Below are positions 38,400 through 49,113 of a DNA stretch of 64,000 bases, piece by piece. The notes under the pieces are model-generated. The model was not told where the DNA came from and made no database searches. It was given only the letters and a program-made list of their open reading frames with translations. The DNA lies in the NCBI GenBank assembly GCA_047495785.1, contig JBLDXI010000031.1, positions 1,488,001-1,552,000 on the forward strand, given 5' to 3'. Both the position numbers and the translations under genes were made by a program. Each line of letters begins with the position of its first letter. Position 1 is the first letter of the stretch. This stretch comes from Lepidodermella squamata. Its lineage: Eukaryota > Animalia > Gastrotricha.

Positions 38400-40110
38400 G
38401 TAAGGTTCTGCCTGAACGAATTATCTCAGACGAAACCGACGACGGCGAGCGACGGTATCCCAGAATGTGCGCTGAAAGCAGCAGCAAATCTCACATGCAC
38501 AAGCCATCTTCAACAAAGTCGTCACCGAAAACGAAATCCCTGAAATATGGAAAATTGTAAGAGATGCCTAGCCCTCCAGATCAAACAGTTTATGCACGAA
38601 TCTAAATTTATGTTGCCTGCTCAATTTGGTTTCCGCCGCATCACTCAATAGATACATGTCTCACCAAAATGACAAATGACTGGCGAGTTGCTATCCACCG
38701 CGCTTTAACAGTTGCTGTTATAAGTATAGACATGAGCAAGGCATTCGATAACCTGAACCCTGCTGGTATAATTTCGTCGCTGAAAAGAATTCACTGGAGC
38801 TAATGACTAGCTACATTAGCGGATGTCAACAGATTACCAAGATAAACAATCAACCATCCTCGCCAGCTTTCATAAATTATGGAGTACCTCAAGGGTCAGT
38901 CTTAGGACCTCCGCTATTTCGATATATGTAAACGAAATCTCAACTGTTTCTATCAAATCCACCATCGTTCAATATGCGGACGATACAACCGTCTATTTTG
39001 CGGCCAAGTCTGATCTCGAAACTCAACAAGTTTTACAAACCGATATCGTTAACGACGCGCCAAAACAACCACTTAGATGACTCATTCGATCGTACTTTTA
39101 GTCGCCTAACGTAATGGTGAAGTACGTTAGGCCTTTTGAGCACCGATTTTTTCCTAATTTCGAACGTACTTTCCTCATAAAATCTATAAATAGTAAAGTG
39201 GTTGTTTTGGCGCGTCGCTAACGATATCAACCTAGTCACCAGCTGGCTAAGTACAAACAACCTTAAAGTAAGCGGAAAAAAGTCCCAACTAATGATAATT
39301 TCATTAAGCAAATCCGATCGAAAAATTGATATGTCTATTGACAGCGACAAGGTAGACGAAACCGAATCGATGCGACTACTGGGATTCACATTCGACTGCA
39401 AACTTCTTCACCGAGACCGCATCGACAGCGCGTGTTGCAAGGCGCGCAAAGGCCTGTTTGCTCGCCGCGAAAAATGACTTGAACCGAATATGTCTGAAAG
39501 CGATGGCGAATGGCCTGGTATTTCTTTTATTATTTGCATTACTGCGACGCTTGCGAAGCCTGCAAGACTTCAAGAGATCGAATGCAAGGCCTACAGGACA
39601 GAGCCGTTCGTATCATCATGAACGCGCCGTACAATGCCGACGCAGCTCCTTTACGGAAAGAGCTTGGTTGGCTGGACTTGTCTGGGAAACGCAACGTCCA
39701 TTTGGCGTCTTTTATGTTTCGATGCGTCATCGGCGAAGGCCCTGACGCCATTATTAACTTATTTACTGTCAGCAAGCCAAGTCGCTTTCGCAGCTCGGGC
39801 TTAACCTTCCAGGTACCGAAGATGCGGCTCGATTTCGGAATGGCCAGCCTGAGCTATCGCGGCCCGACATTTTTCAACACCCTGCCAGCTGCCAGTCAAT
39901 TTCTATTGCTCACAACATCGAACAATCGATATTGGCGATTACGACGGCACTCTACCAATGTGCGACTGCGGTCTCAAAGCTTGCGCAAGCGCAAAAGACT
40001 GCCGACAAATAGTCTACGAAAACTTCTTAAATTGTTGATCATTTTACTACATTTGTTGTATTGTTGGGTACTGATTGTTGCGACTTATGAAACGGGCTGA
40101 ATAGACATCA
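38400..40110 (+). mobile_element. 5'-truncated, decayed non-LTR retrotransposon (reverse transcriptase, CR1/L2-like)
   Basis: RT motifs across frameshifts: DGIP, QFGFR, IDMSKAFD, YGVPQGSVLGPPLF, YADD, and C-terminal LQDRAVRII..LRKELGWL..YRGPTFFNTLP. Confidence 0.9.
39047..39223. mobile_element. MITE family A, copy 2, nested in the LINE RT
   Basis: Same TIRs and interior as 7575-7775, ATAT-flanked. Removing it restores LQTDINLVTSWL. Confidence 0.92.
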
Positions 40111-40523
40111 TATCAGACAATTCGTTTTTTTCTTTCGCTAATTGCCGGTTACGGTTAGCTAATTGAGAGAACACACCGTAACTAGTGTGCAGAGCGTCAT
40201 TGATTTTACCTACTGGGTTTTGTTTTTATTGCGAAATCGCAATTTTCAAAAGGGGCTACCATTGTGTCGAAAATTTCTCAGTTTTTCGAATTTGTGAACG
40301 GCGGCGGCCGTATGTAATGAAGAAATACAGTACTACGACGAGGAGCAATAAAATAAGGCTGCTTTCATTACCGAGTGCAGGCGCCAGAAAGGCTCAGCGT
40401 GACGAGAGCGACTAGGACAACAGTAAAATCGTTTTTCACGATGAAAATTAAAAGCTTTTTTGATGAAAATTTTGAAATGTGACGAATTCATGAGTAGTGT
40501 CATTGGAAATATTGGAAGCTCTA

Positions 40524-40731
40524 CAGGGTAGCCAAAAAGAGCTGCAGAGGGCGAAGTTCATTGATTGGAGTGCGCATCACTTTAATGAGGAGTTTTAGGA
40601 AATTGAAGAATTTCATGGGCAAAAGAATGCTTGAAATTGTTGCATGAAATTTTTCGAAACACCTCATTAAAAATTGATGCGCACTCCAATCAATGAACTT
40701 CGCCTCCCTGCGGTTCTATTTGGCCACCCTG
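40524..40731. mobile_element. Tc1/mariner-type MITE
   Basis: TA|CAGGGT...ACCCTG|TA with ~70-bp imperfect TIRs. Confidence 0.88.
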
Positions 40732-41820
40732 TAGTTGTATAACCCCACCCTCAAATAGAAGCCCACTCTCGAATATAAGCCCAGTTTTGGGTGATTTTTG
40801 GCCTTCCAACTTTGCATAAGCCCGGGTTAGTATTTGCAGCATTACGGTATACTGAAGCCTATCGCGGTATCGCGTTTAGTTTCGAGGGTCCCCCTTTCGA
40901 GGGTCCTAAACACACAAAAAACTGTGTCATTTTCCCCCCTTTATTCGAGGGTCCTAAAACATCATAACTACTGATAATTACCAATAAATCAAACTGCTCT
41001 TCTGGGTATTTGCCTAAATACCCCAAAGCCATCGCTTTTCGATTCCTGAAAATGATTTAAAAAATGGACGACCCATCAAATTAAACCGAATAATTGATAG
41101 CACAAGCATCGACCGCACCCATGTTATAAGCCAGCCGGCGGCCAAAAAACCCGAGTTTGTGTGCACCCCTTGAATACTATTCACAAACTCGTGTTCCTCA
41201 TTTCGCCGGCGAATAATAGCTCCCGTCTCTACCTGCCTTTATGGTAGATTTATAACGGTTGATTATTAACGGTTTATAACGGTAGATTCAACGGTTGATT
41301 TATATTACAAGAATCCAGATCTACAAGGAGCATTTAATTAATTCTGAGTTAAGTAAAAAGATCTCTATTGAAGATTGAAATAAACAGCTTTTCGACAGCC
41401 ATTTCACGCATCTATTCCGTCGCCGCTCCCACGACATCCTACGACGGCGTCCCAAGTCCCAAACTACCTACAGTGTGTCCCAGAAGTTACGCAACTAATT
41501 TTTTATTTGGCAACGTTTGTAGGAAATTCAACAAATTTTATCGAATATTCCATCGTTTACCCGCGATTTGACTCCGAGATTTGAAGCTAAATTGCGAATA
41601 AAGAAAAAAGCTTTTGCTCTTCGGATGTTTGATCAGAATGGATATGAATCAAAGGAAAATCTGATTCACACGTAAGAGGCAAGAAGACATGAGACATGAA
41701 CGAGGTAAGAGACGAGGTAAGGTCGCAGCGATCGCTTACTTGTTATGCTTCCGGCTCCCCTTCGCTCGCATTGAGAAGATTCAAGTTGATGGCAACGCTA
41801 CTGTGATTTCGTCTTTTTAC

Positions 41821-42085
41821 TTCGGCTTTCGGGATATTTCAATGCATTCCAAGAGCTCGATGTGCTTGGCGATGTCTACGTTTTCTACTTGAACGACGTC
41901 CGAGAGGGTGGTGGAACTCCGCTGTTGGATTTTTTATATCCGTCCTCAGAAAAAAGCGCAGCTTTAATGTTGCACAACAAGCGTCGCAATGAAGCCGCCA
42001 ATGAGCCAACGAAACACGCGGTGTGACCGGTGATTGATTCACGGTAAATGACTTCGAAAACAGTACTATGGCGGAAAATGCGAAA
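41821..42085 (+). pseudogene. P4H exon-3/exon-4 decayed fragment
   Basis: Similar to 27271-27529 and to P4H copy 2 (GAACGACGTCCGAGAGGGTGGTGGAAC; AACGAAACACGCGG). Confidence 0.85.
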
Positions 42086-42094
42086 TCATCTATC

Positions 42095-42850
42095 ATAAAG
42101 TACGGATGATAATTTTTTTGCCTCGCAGTTTATTAATAGCTCCGCAACCATGAAGAATTTTTTGGAGCGAGTTTCACAAGCCGATAGATCTAGTCTGGTG
42201 TAAACTTTCCTTAAATCCTCGTTAAATTTGGATAAAATGTGAGAAATTGATGACGAAAATGCTTCGTGTGATTTTTGGTGAAAAAGTTCATTTTTGAAAA
42301 ATGCTATTTTCCATTTGTAGCGTTTTTTTGTCATTTTCCTGCAGTAAAGCTAAATTGGACCATATTCTTAGCAGGGATCGATGTCAATACCACTCCGTTA
42401 ACCGAGATTTTCACTTTGGACCGAACAGAAACGTTTCTCAATGACGAAATGAGATCCAAATGGGTTTTGAAATTTTTGGGAAACCGCACCAAATTTGCAA
42501 AAAGCTGCAAGTTTCGGGTTGTGCAATTGTTGATTTTTGTGGAAATCGGCGACATGGATGAATAGTGGACCACCTCTCGACTAAATCTGAACCCTCTGAC
42601 AAGAAGAAAGATTGCCACAAGTCACATCGGATGTAAAATAGCATTTTTCAAAAATGAACTTTTTCACCGAAAATCACAAGAAGCATTTTCGTCACCAATT
42701 TCTCAAATGTTATCCCAATCTAACGAGGATTTCAGGAAAGTTTACAACAGACTAGGTCTATCGAACGGTGAAACCCGCTCCAAAAAATTCCTCATGGTTA
42801 CGGAGTTATTAAAAAAATTCGAGGCAAAAAAATCATCATCCGTACTTTAT
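42095..42850. mobile_element. Long-TIR non-autonomous element (~215-bp arms)
   Basis: ATAAAGTACGGATGAT...AAAAATGCTATTTT (42095-42310) is the imperfect reverse complement of 42635-42850. Confidence 0.9.
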
Positions 42851-42860
42851 TTGTCTGATA

Positions 42861-42931
42861 CAGCACGAGTAGAGAGTCTAATGAGTAAATCGAGTACGGC
42901 GAGTTCAGATATAAACGATTTACGAGTGCTG
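42861..42931. mobile_element. Small TA-flanked MITE; related sequence inverted at ~24088-24180
   Basis: TA|CAGCAC...GTGCTG|TA. Interior GAGTAAATCGAGT.CGGCGAGTTCAGATAT matches the reverse complement near 24105-24137. Confidence 0.65.
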
Positions 42932-43308
42932 TATCAAAAAATATTGCAGGAGCACATCTACTAACACTATATTTTTGAAACGAATGGTATATTATGTATA
43001 ACCATTTGAGAACCTCAACTGAATGCATCTAACATTTCGTACGCTTGATGGTCTGCAGTTGATGCCTTCGAATGGGAAGAGAAACACTCAAAGGGTCGTT
43101 TTTATTAGGGAAAAGTGTATTGAACTAAAAGCTAGTTCCTTCAATAGTAAATGGATTGATATTTTGTGCTGATAATCAAGAAAAGTTCAGTCCGAAGCAG
43201 TAATCTCTTTAGGAATCAAAATTGGCATAAATAGAAAAGTAATGGCATGACGCTCAAAGTGCGGAAATACAAATCGTTTACAGGCATGGTTTAGCCACGT
43301 TCATAGTT

Positions 43309-44494
43309 TTAGTCAGACCGTATACAAGTCGTTTGGCACTCAGATACGCTTCGGAAAGCGTACTTGGCGACTTCATCACGGCTGCAACCGCTTACTTGAT
43401 AAATACACTGGCGTGAGTTTGCGTCAAAAACGATAAAATCGCCGATATACATCATGCATGTAACTTCCGGCTTTCGAAACGAGCATCTATCAACGGAACC
43501 TGGACCCACTGAAAACGGGTAGCCGATCGGAAATGTATCCTCGGGGAGTTGAAAAGGAGGTGCAGAATTTCCAAGGCACCTTCGCTCGCACTCTTGTTGG
43601 CTCGAGAAGGCGTACTGGCGAACGTATTCGGCGCTGCAACCGCTGTATTGGGTCGTACACCGCCTTGTCTTCGAGTCGTAGACAATATTTCCACCGATTA
43701 ACATTGCACAAGTATTCTCTGGCACTTCATAGCTGCATTTGTCGACTGAAATGACTGAAAATAGAATGTTCAAATGTTAACAATTCAGCTTTCATCTTAT
43801 CGGCGAAACCTGGCTTTGGCGCGGGCGTGATGAATGTATCATCAGCGCGTTGAATAACACGTGCAGAATTAACACGGCATGTTTGCTCGCATTCTTGTTG
43901 GCTGGAGAAGGCGTACTGCCGAACGTATTCCGCGCTACAACCACTCGTTTGGGTCACGCATTGCCGAGTCCTTGAGTCGTAGACAATATTTCCGCCGATA
44001 ACCATTGCACACGTGACCTCCGGCACTTCATAGCTGCACTTGTCCACTGTAAAAGAGTTTGCAAAACTATAAATTAATCCTTCATCTCATTGTTCTTCTA
44101 CGTTTAACGCTTGTATTATAACTAATTAACCCACATTTTCGAGGCCCCAAGCTACACAACACCATTGCATACTTTGATTCCTTACTCTACGTTTAGCTTA
44201 TTAAATACAAGTTGAACCTGGATTTATTTGGCGTCGTCCAGTTGATTCACATGCAGCTTGACACTCGGCCATTGAATTGAACGAAACAGCTCGAACGGAA
44301 TCAGCATTGCAGCCGCCGCTTTGAATCGTGCATTTGCCTTGATTCGCATCATAGACGATGTTTTCGCCAATGTACATCATGCATAGAAAATTCGGAATGC
44401 GGTAGTTGCATTTCAAATTTTGGCAATTCGCCGAATTAGCGAAAATCGCTAGAGTAACTACGAAAAACTTCGCAAGAATTTCTTCGAGATGCAT
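43309..44494 (-). CDS. Secreted multi-Kunitz-like protein K7 (4 domains). Exons 44494..44218, 44046..43810, 43745..43309
   Basis: Phase-1 introns. 5' half resembles K6 and the 3' end resembles K4 (CIRSD*). Confidence 0.88.
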
Positions 44495-45154
44495 TTTGCT
44501 ATTCCAGTGGTTGAAATTATGGAGAGCCCGTCGGGCTGCGCTTTATATACGCTGAGAGCCTCAAGATTATTCATAACAATGCCAATAATTTGAGGCGTGC
44601 TGTTTACTTCGGCGATAAAAAAACTGTTTCAAATATTTTTATATATTTTACGTAGGCGCAGATGAGCTTAGCGATCTGGTTTTTCTTCTTAAAGCGTGTA
44701 AGGTATGCTCGGCTAGCGCCGCAGTGAGCCGCTTTTGTAGCATTTTTTCTGGTCAATTCCAACTGCTTACGTGCATTGTCGCCGTCACGCCACTTGAGAC
44801 GCCGAAGGTAAACAAGCACGAACAAGGCATATTGTCTATTTTGACCTAAGAGGCCGGGAAATCTGGCAATCAGATCTTCCTCCGCTGTCTAGCCATGATG
44901 AACAAATAGATAATTATAAGATGGGAGGCGGAGGAAAATGCGTGGGCGAATCTGGAACAGAACACTTATATCTGAAGGATGGCATGCTTGAGCGGATTGG
45001 AGGTTGATGGTAAATAATTCCAAATGATGAGAGCCTCTGGATCTGACTAGAAATTGACAATTTTTCATTGGGTTAGGACAGTCAAAGGATTGTGAGTGCT
45101 AAATATAAACCTAATACTGTTAAATTCTGTCTTATGTCTTATTCACTCAACTCT

Positions 45155-46010
45155 CAGCAAGCTGCTTTTCCTCAGCAACCTGATTTGTTGGCTGGCTGAT
45201 AACCTATGGGAACGAAAACTCAAAGCCTTAGTGGCTTCTTAGTCGACAGTTCCAGTTGCCGTGCGGCATGCCGCAGGGTTCCCGGTTCCATCTTTTTATC
45301 CACTCTTTATCATCTACACTAGCCACCTCCTTGAACCACCCAGCGCTGATGGCAGTGAACAGAGAATCATTAAATTTTCGCTGAGCGACGAAATTTTTTG
45401 TCCCGAATTTTGTCATCTGATGAATGCATTTTCAGCCTCAGCGGTATGATGAACAAACAGAATCTTCGCTATTGGGCTCCGAGAGTTTCAAGAATTGGGT
45501 TTGTTCGTCATCAACGGCAGCAAGGTGCTCCAAAAGTTATGGTTTGGGCAGGCATTCTTGGCGATAAGTGATAAGTTATCGGACCAATTTTTTTGAAGGA
45601 AATGTGACAGCAGCCGAATAATTAAAAAATTGAAAGAAGAAATTATTTTCCTTTAATTCCTGCTTGGCAACGTCGTTACGTTATTTTTAAGCCAGGCGGA
45701 AAATTTCAAAAAATCGCTGGATTGGTCGTGCTACCGCGAATTACAGGAAACTCTTCCGCTGGCCAGCTGGAGCACCCGGCCTAACACCCCGCATTTTTTT
45801 CTTTGGGGCTACTTGAAGTCTCGAGTTTACAAAACCCAGCCACACGATAGCGAAGATGAACTCAAAGAACGGATCAAAGCTGCGAGCGCTACGATCACTC
45901 CGCAAATTTTTCAAAATGCACGAACGGCTTGAGTGATGCGCCTTCGATGCTGCCTGGAAAATAAAGGCGGGACTTTCGAACATTTGATCTCAAGCAAAAA
46001 AACGACGCTA
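45155..46010 (+). mobile_element. Decayed Tc1/mariner-superfamily transposase pseudogene
   Basis: Frameshifted motifs SDECIF..NKQNLRYW, KVMVWAGI, IGPIF, WPAGAPGLTP (degenerate WPPRSPDLTP), FLWGYLKSRVYKT, ELKERI, CLENKGGTFEHL. Confidence 0.88.
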
Positions 46011-47049
46011 ACCTGTGAAATTTATTTAATAAGTTATAAATTTAAAATAGCCAACCTACTCAAAGACGCTAACTAATCAATCAATCAAGCAATTAATTCA
46101 TCAATTAATCTCATCAAATTATAAACTTAATAATTTATAATCCTGTGTCTCAAAGGCAATGTTATAGTTTGTATATAACACAGTATACCAATAAAAGGTT
46201 TTCTCTCTCTAAACTTAATTTAATTGAATAACTTAATTTAACAAAGATTCGCCGAACATAGTTAAAATGAGTAAAAATCACAAGCAAAATCGATAAAATT
46301 GCTGCAATTAAGTTCAATGATGGTTTTGAAAAAAATTAGGATTTTTAAATGATCGAGCCTTGCGATAGCAGTTTCGTTGCGGCCAACTTGACGAATGAAA
46401 TTAAAGGGATTTATTTCAAGGACCTCCTTGAGAGCTCGAATCGTGCATTTGAGGCCAGTGACTTTCAAAAAGTCCGTAATTTAGATGAATTCTTCAGATC
46501 TTGGTCGCCCCAGCTAAGACCATTTTTATCTGACATGAAAAGAACGAAAACATTTTTGTATATTGAGGGAAAATTAAATAATTATTTTCGATCTATTGAT
46601 GTACTTGCGCATTTTGGGTCATACTTGATTTAGTTTTTCGTGACTCAAAGAATCGGGCAATGTTCGCATTTCCGTTTTCAAGACGTTGCAGCTTGGACTT
46701 ATTAATCCACGACCGTGTTTCAATTGGACTTCTTACAAGCTGAAAAAATATATGCTCATTGAAAGTTGAGAATATATCATGAGAAATGGCCGTCTGCTTG
46801 CTTGCCATTGTGCTCTAGCGTGAATAGGTTGTTCTTCTAATGTCCTGGTCTGCTATTTTTCACTCCAGTGCGTGACAGACCCTCAATATTATTGTCTCTT
46901 TTCTTTCGGTGTGCGAGATTGCCCGAGTTTTTTACAATTATTCGTGATGTTCAAGGAAGAGCTCAACATTTGTTCGTTGTCGTTTTCGAAAAAGCATTTC
47001 AAGTAAAGCAATACTTCTATCAATATTTATTCACACGTTTTCATTTTAG

Positions 47050-49113
47050 TTAGCCGAGCAACGGATACAAACAAGCTTGCTGGCATTCCTGTGACGTGCG
47101 GAAAGCAAAAGGCGCCAAATTCTCACTCCGGCATCCGATGCTTCTGACAATACAACGCATAAGTCGAGCTTCGAAAACAATGTACGGCCCAATGTTAACA
47201 CGACACGTCTGAAGTGGCATCCTGTAACTGCATCGATTATCGGCTGAAATATCAACTGGCATCGGAGGAGCCTGAGTGACTGGCCAGCCGGAACCACCAC
47301 ACCTGCCCTGGCACTCTTGCATCGATGAAAATGCGTACTTCCTAACTTCAGTTGCGCTACAACCGCTCGATTGAGTTATACACTGCCTTGTTTTTGAGTC
47401 GAAAACGATGTTCTCGCCAATGTACATCATACAGGTGACTTCAGGCGAACTATAAGAGCATTTATCAACATCTGAGCCGCCCGGAGCTGGGGAAACTGGC
47501 CAGTTAGAACCACCACATCTAGCCTGGCACTCCTGCATCGATGAAAACGCGTACTTTCTGACTTCATTCGCGTTGCAGCCGCTTGATTGAGTCGAACACT
47601 GCCGGGTGGCTGAGTCGTAAACGATGTTCTCACCAATGTACATCATACAAGAGATTTGTGGCTTTGTGTACGAGCATTTATCGACATCAGAGCCTTGTGA
47701 TGGTCCTTGAGTCACGAAAATCGGCGGGACCCGAGTTACTGGGGCTAGAGAGCCTCGGCCACAAGCGGATTGGCACTCAGGCAGACTTCGGAAGGCGTAT
47801 CTTGCGATTTCCTCCCGGCTACAACCGCTTGTCTGAACATAGCACTGTTGCGAGGTTGCGTCGAACACGATATTATCGCCGATATACATCATGCAGGTAA
47901 CCTCCGGCTTGCGAAACGAGCATTTATCGATGAAGCCTTGATTCGAAGGAGGTTGGGTTATGAAAATTGGTGGCTGGCGGGTTGGATTAATTGGATTTAC
48001 GTTTGATCCCGAGTTGCCTCGGCATGAATACTCGCATTCTTGCAGGCTGGAGAACGAATAACCGATAGAGTGTCTACAACTGCTGTGGCTCTGCGTGCAA
48101 ATCTGGCGAATTGGGTCGTAAACCACGGTATTAGGGTTGTACATCGGGCAGGATTGGTCCCAATCACGATAAGTGCATCGCTGATCTCTTGAGCCAGCAT
48201 TTGGCTGGGTTATGAAGATCGGACCGGGGCGTTGAGTGACAGCTCCAGAGTTTCCGCGGCAAATTTGCTCGCATTCTTGCCGGCTCGAGAAAGCGTACTG
48301 GCGAACCTGTTCCAAGCTGCATCCGCTATACTGAGCCGTGCATTGCCGCGTCTTTGAGTCGTAGACAAAATTTTCGCCGATATACATTTCGCAGGTAACC
48401 TCAGGCACTTGATAACTGCATTTGTTGACTGAAAAGACACAATTAAAATCAATTCAGTTTTCATCTCCTTCATGTTTAAAGATTTGCTGTACGCATTTTC
48501 ATCTTGAATCTGTTTTTAAAAACAGGAAAGTCGAATAATGTCTTAAAAGTGAGCAGATACAGTTTCTAGCTTCAATGTGATTGAAGTGAAATTCTCAAAT
48601 TTCAATGACTTTGAGAAACTGTCCCATTCTAGATCAGGATTTTCAAAAATCGATATACCTTACTGTTATTTAAGCTAATTAGATGAACTCCAAAGCTAGC
48701 AACCCGATATCTCTTCGAATATCAGATTCATAACTTCAGTACATATCCTTAAGTCCTATTGAGTACAAGGCGTAACCGCTTATATTTCTTTAACTGAGGG
48801 TAAACTTATTTCAAAATTATTTCGAAAAGAGCAAACCTTGATTATTTTGTTGCTGGCCTGCTGATCCGCAGGCAGTTTGACATTCAGCCATAGAATTGAA
48901 TGAAGCCGCTCGAACGGAATCGGCACTGCAGCCGCCGCTTTGAATCGTACATTTTCCTTGATTCGCATCGTAGACTATAAACTCGCCAATGTACATCGCA
49001 CATAGAACATTCGGAATACGATAGTTGCATTTCGGATTTTGGCATTGTGCCAAATTCGCGAAAATCGCAAGGATTACTACCAGAAACGTCGCGAGATTTT
49101 TGTCGCAGTTCAT
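47050..49113 (-). CDS. Secreted multi-Kunitz-like protein K8 (7 domains). Exons 49113..48837 and 48428..47050
   Basis: Signal peptide plus domain, phase-1 intron, then six further modules including one unique divergent module. Ends YPLLG*. Confidence 0.93.

Noticed and set aside
40740-41520. TACGGTA-ended and TACAGTGTGTCCC fragments (similar piece at ~8140-8320)
   Set aside because: Probably MITE ends, but partner TIRs and TSDs could not be defined.
42086-42964. Two similar ORFs (42086..42334 - and 42707..42964 +) as paralogous genes
   Set aside because: They are the two arms of one inverted-repeat element.
37833-44825. Near-identical ORFs MFVLVYLRRLKW.. at 37833-38072 and 44604-44825
   Set aside because: They fall in the duplicated promoter cassette, begin at non-ATG codons, and are frameshifted between copies and in other paralogs.
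46262-47053. Short ORFs between the transposase remnant and K8
   Set aside because: No recognisable domain or consistent splice model.
18428-49113. Regular ~200-bp repeats as a CRISPR array or satellite
   Set aside because: They are in-frame protein domain repeats with synonymous variation, in a spliced eukaryotic context.
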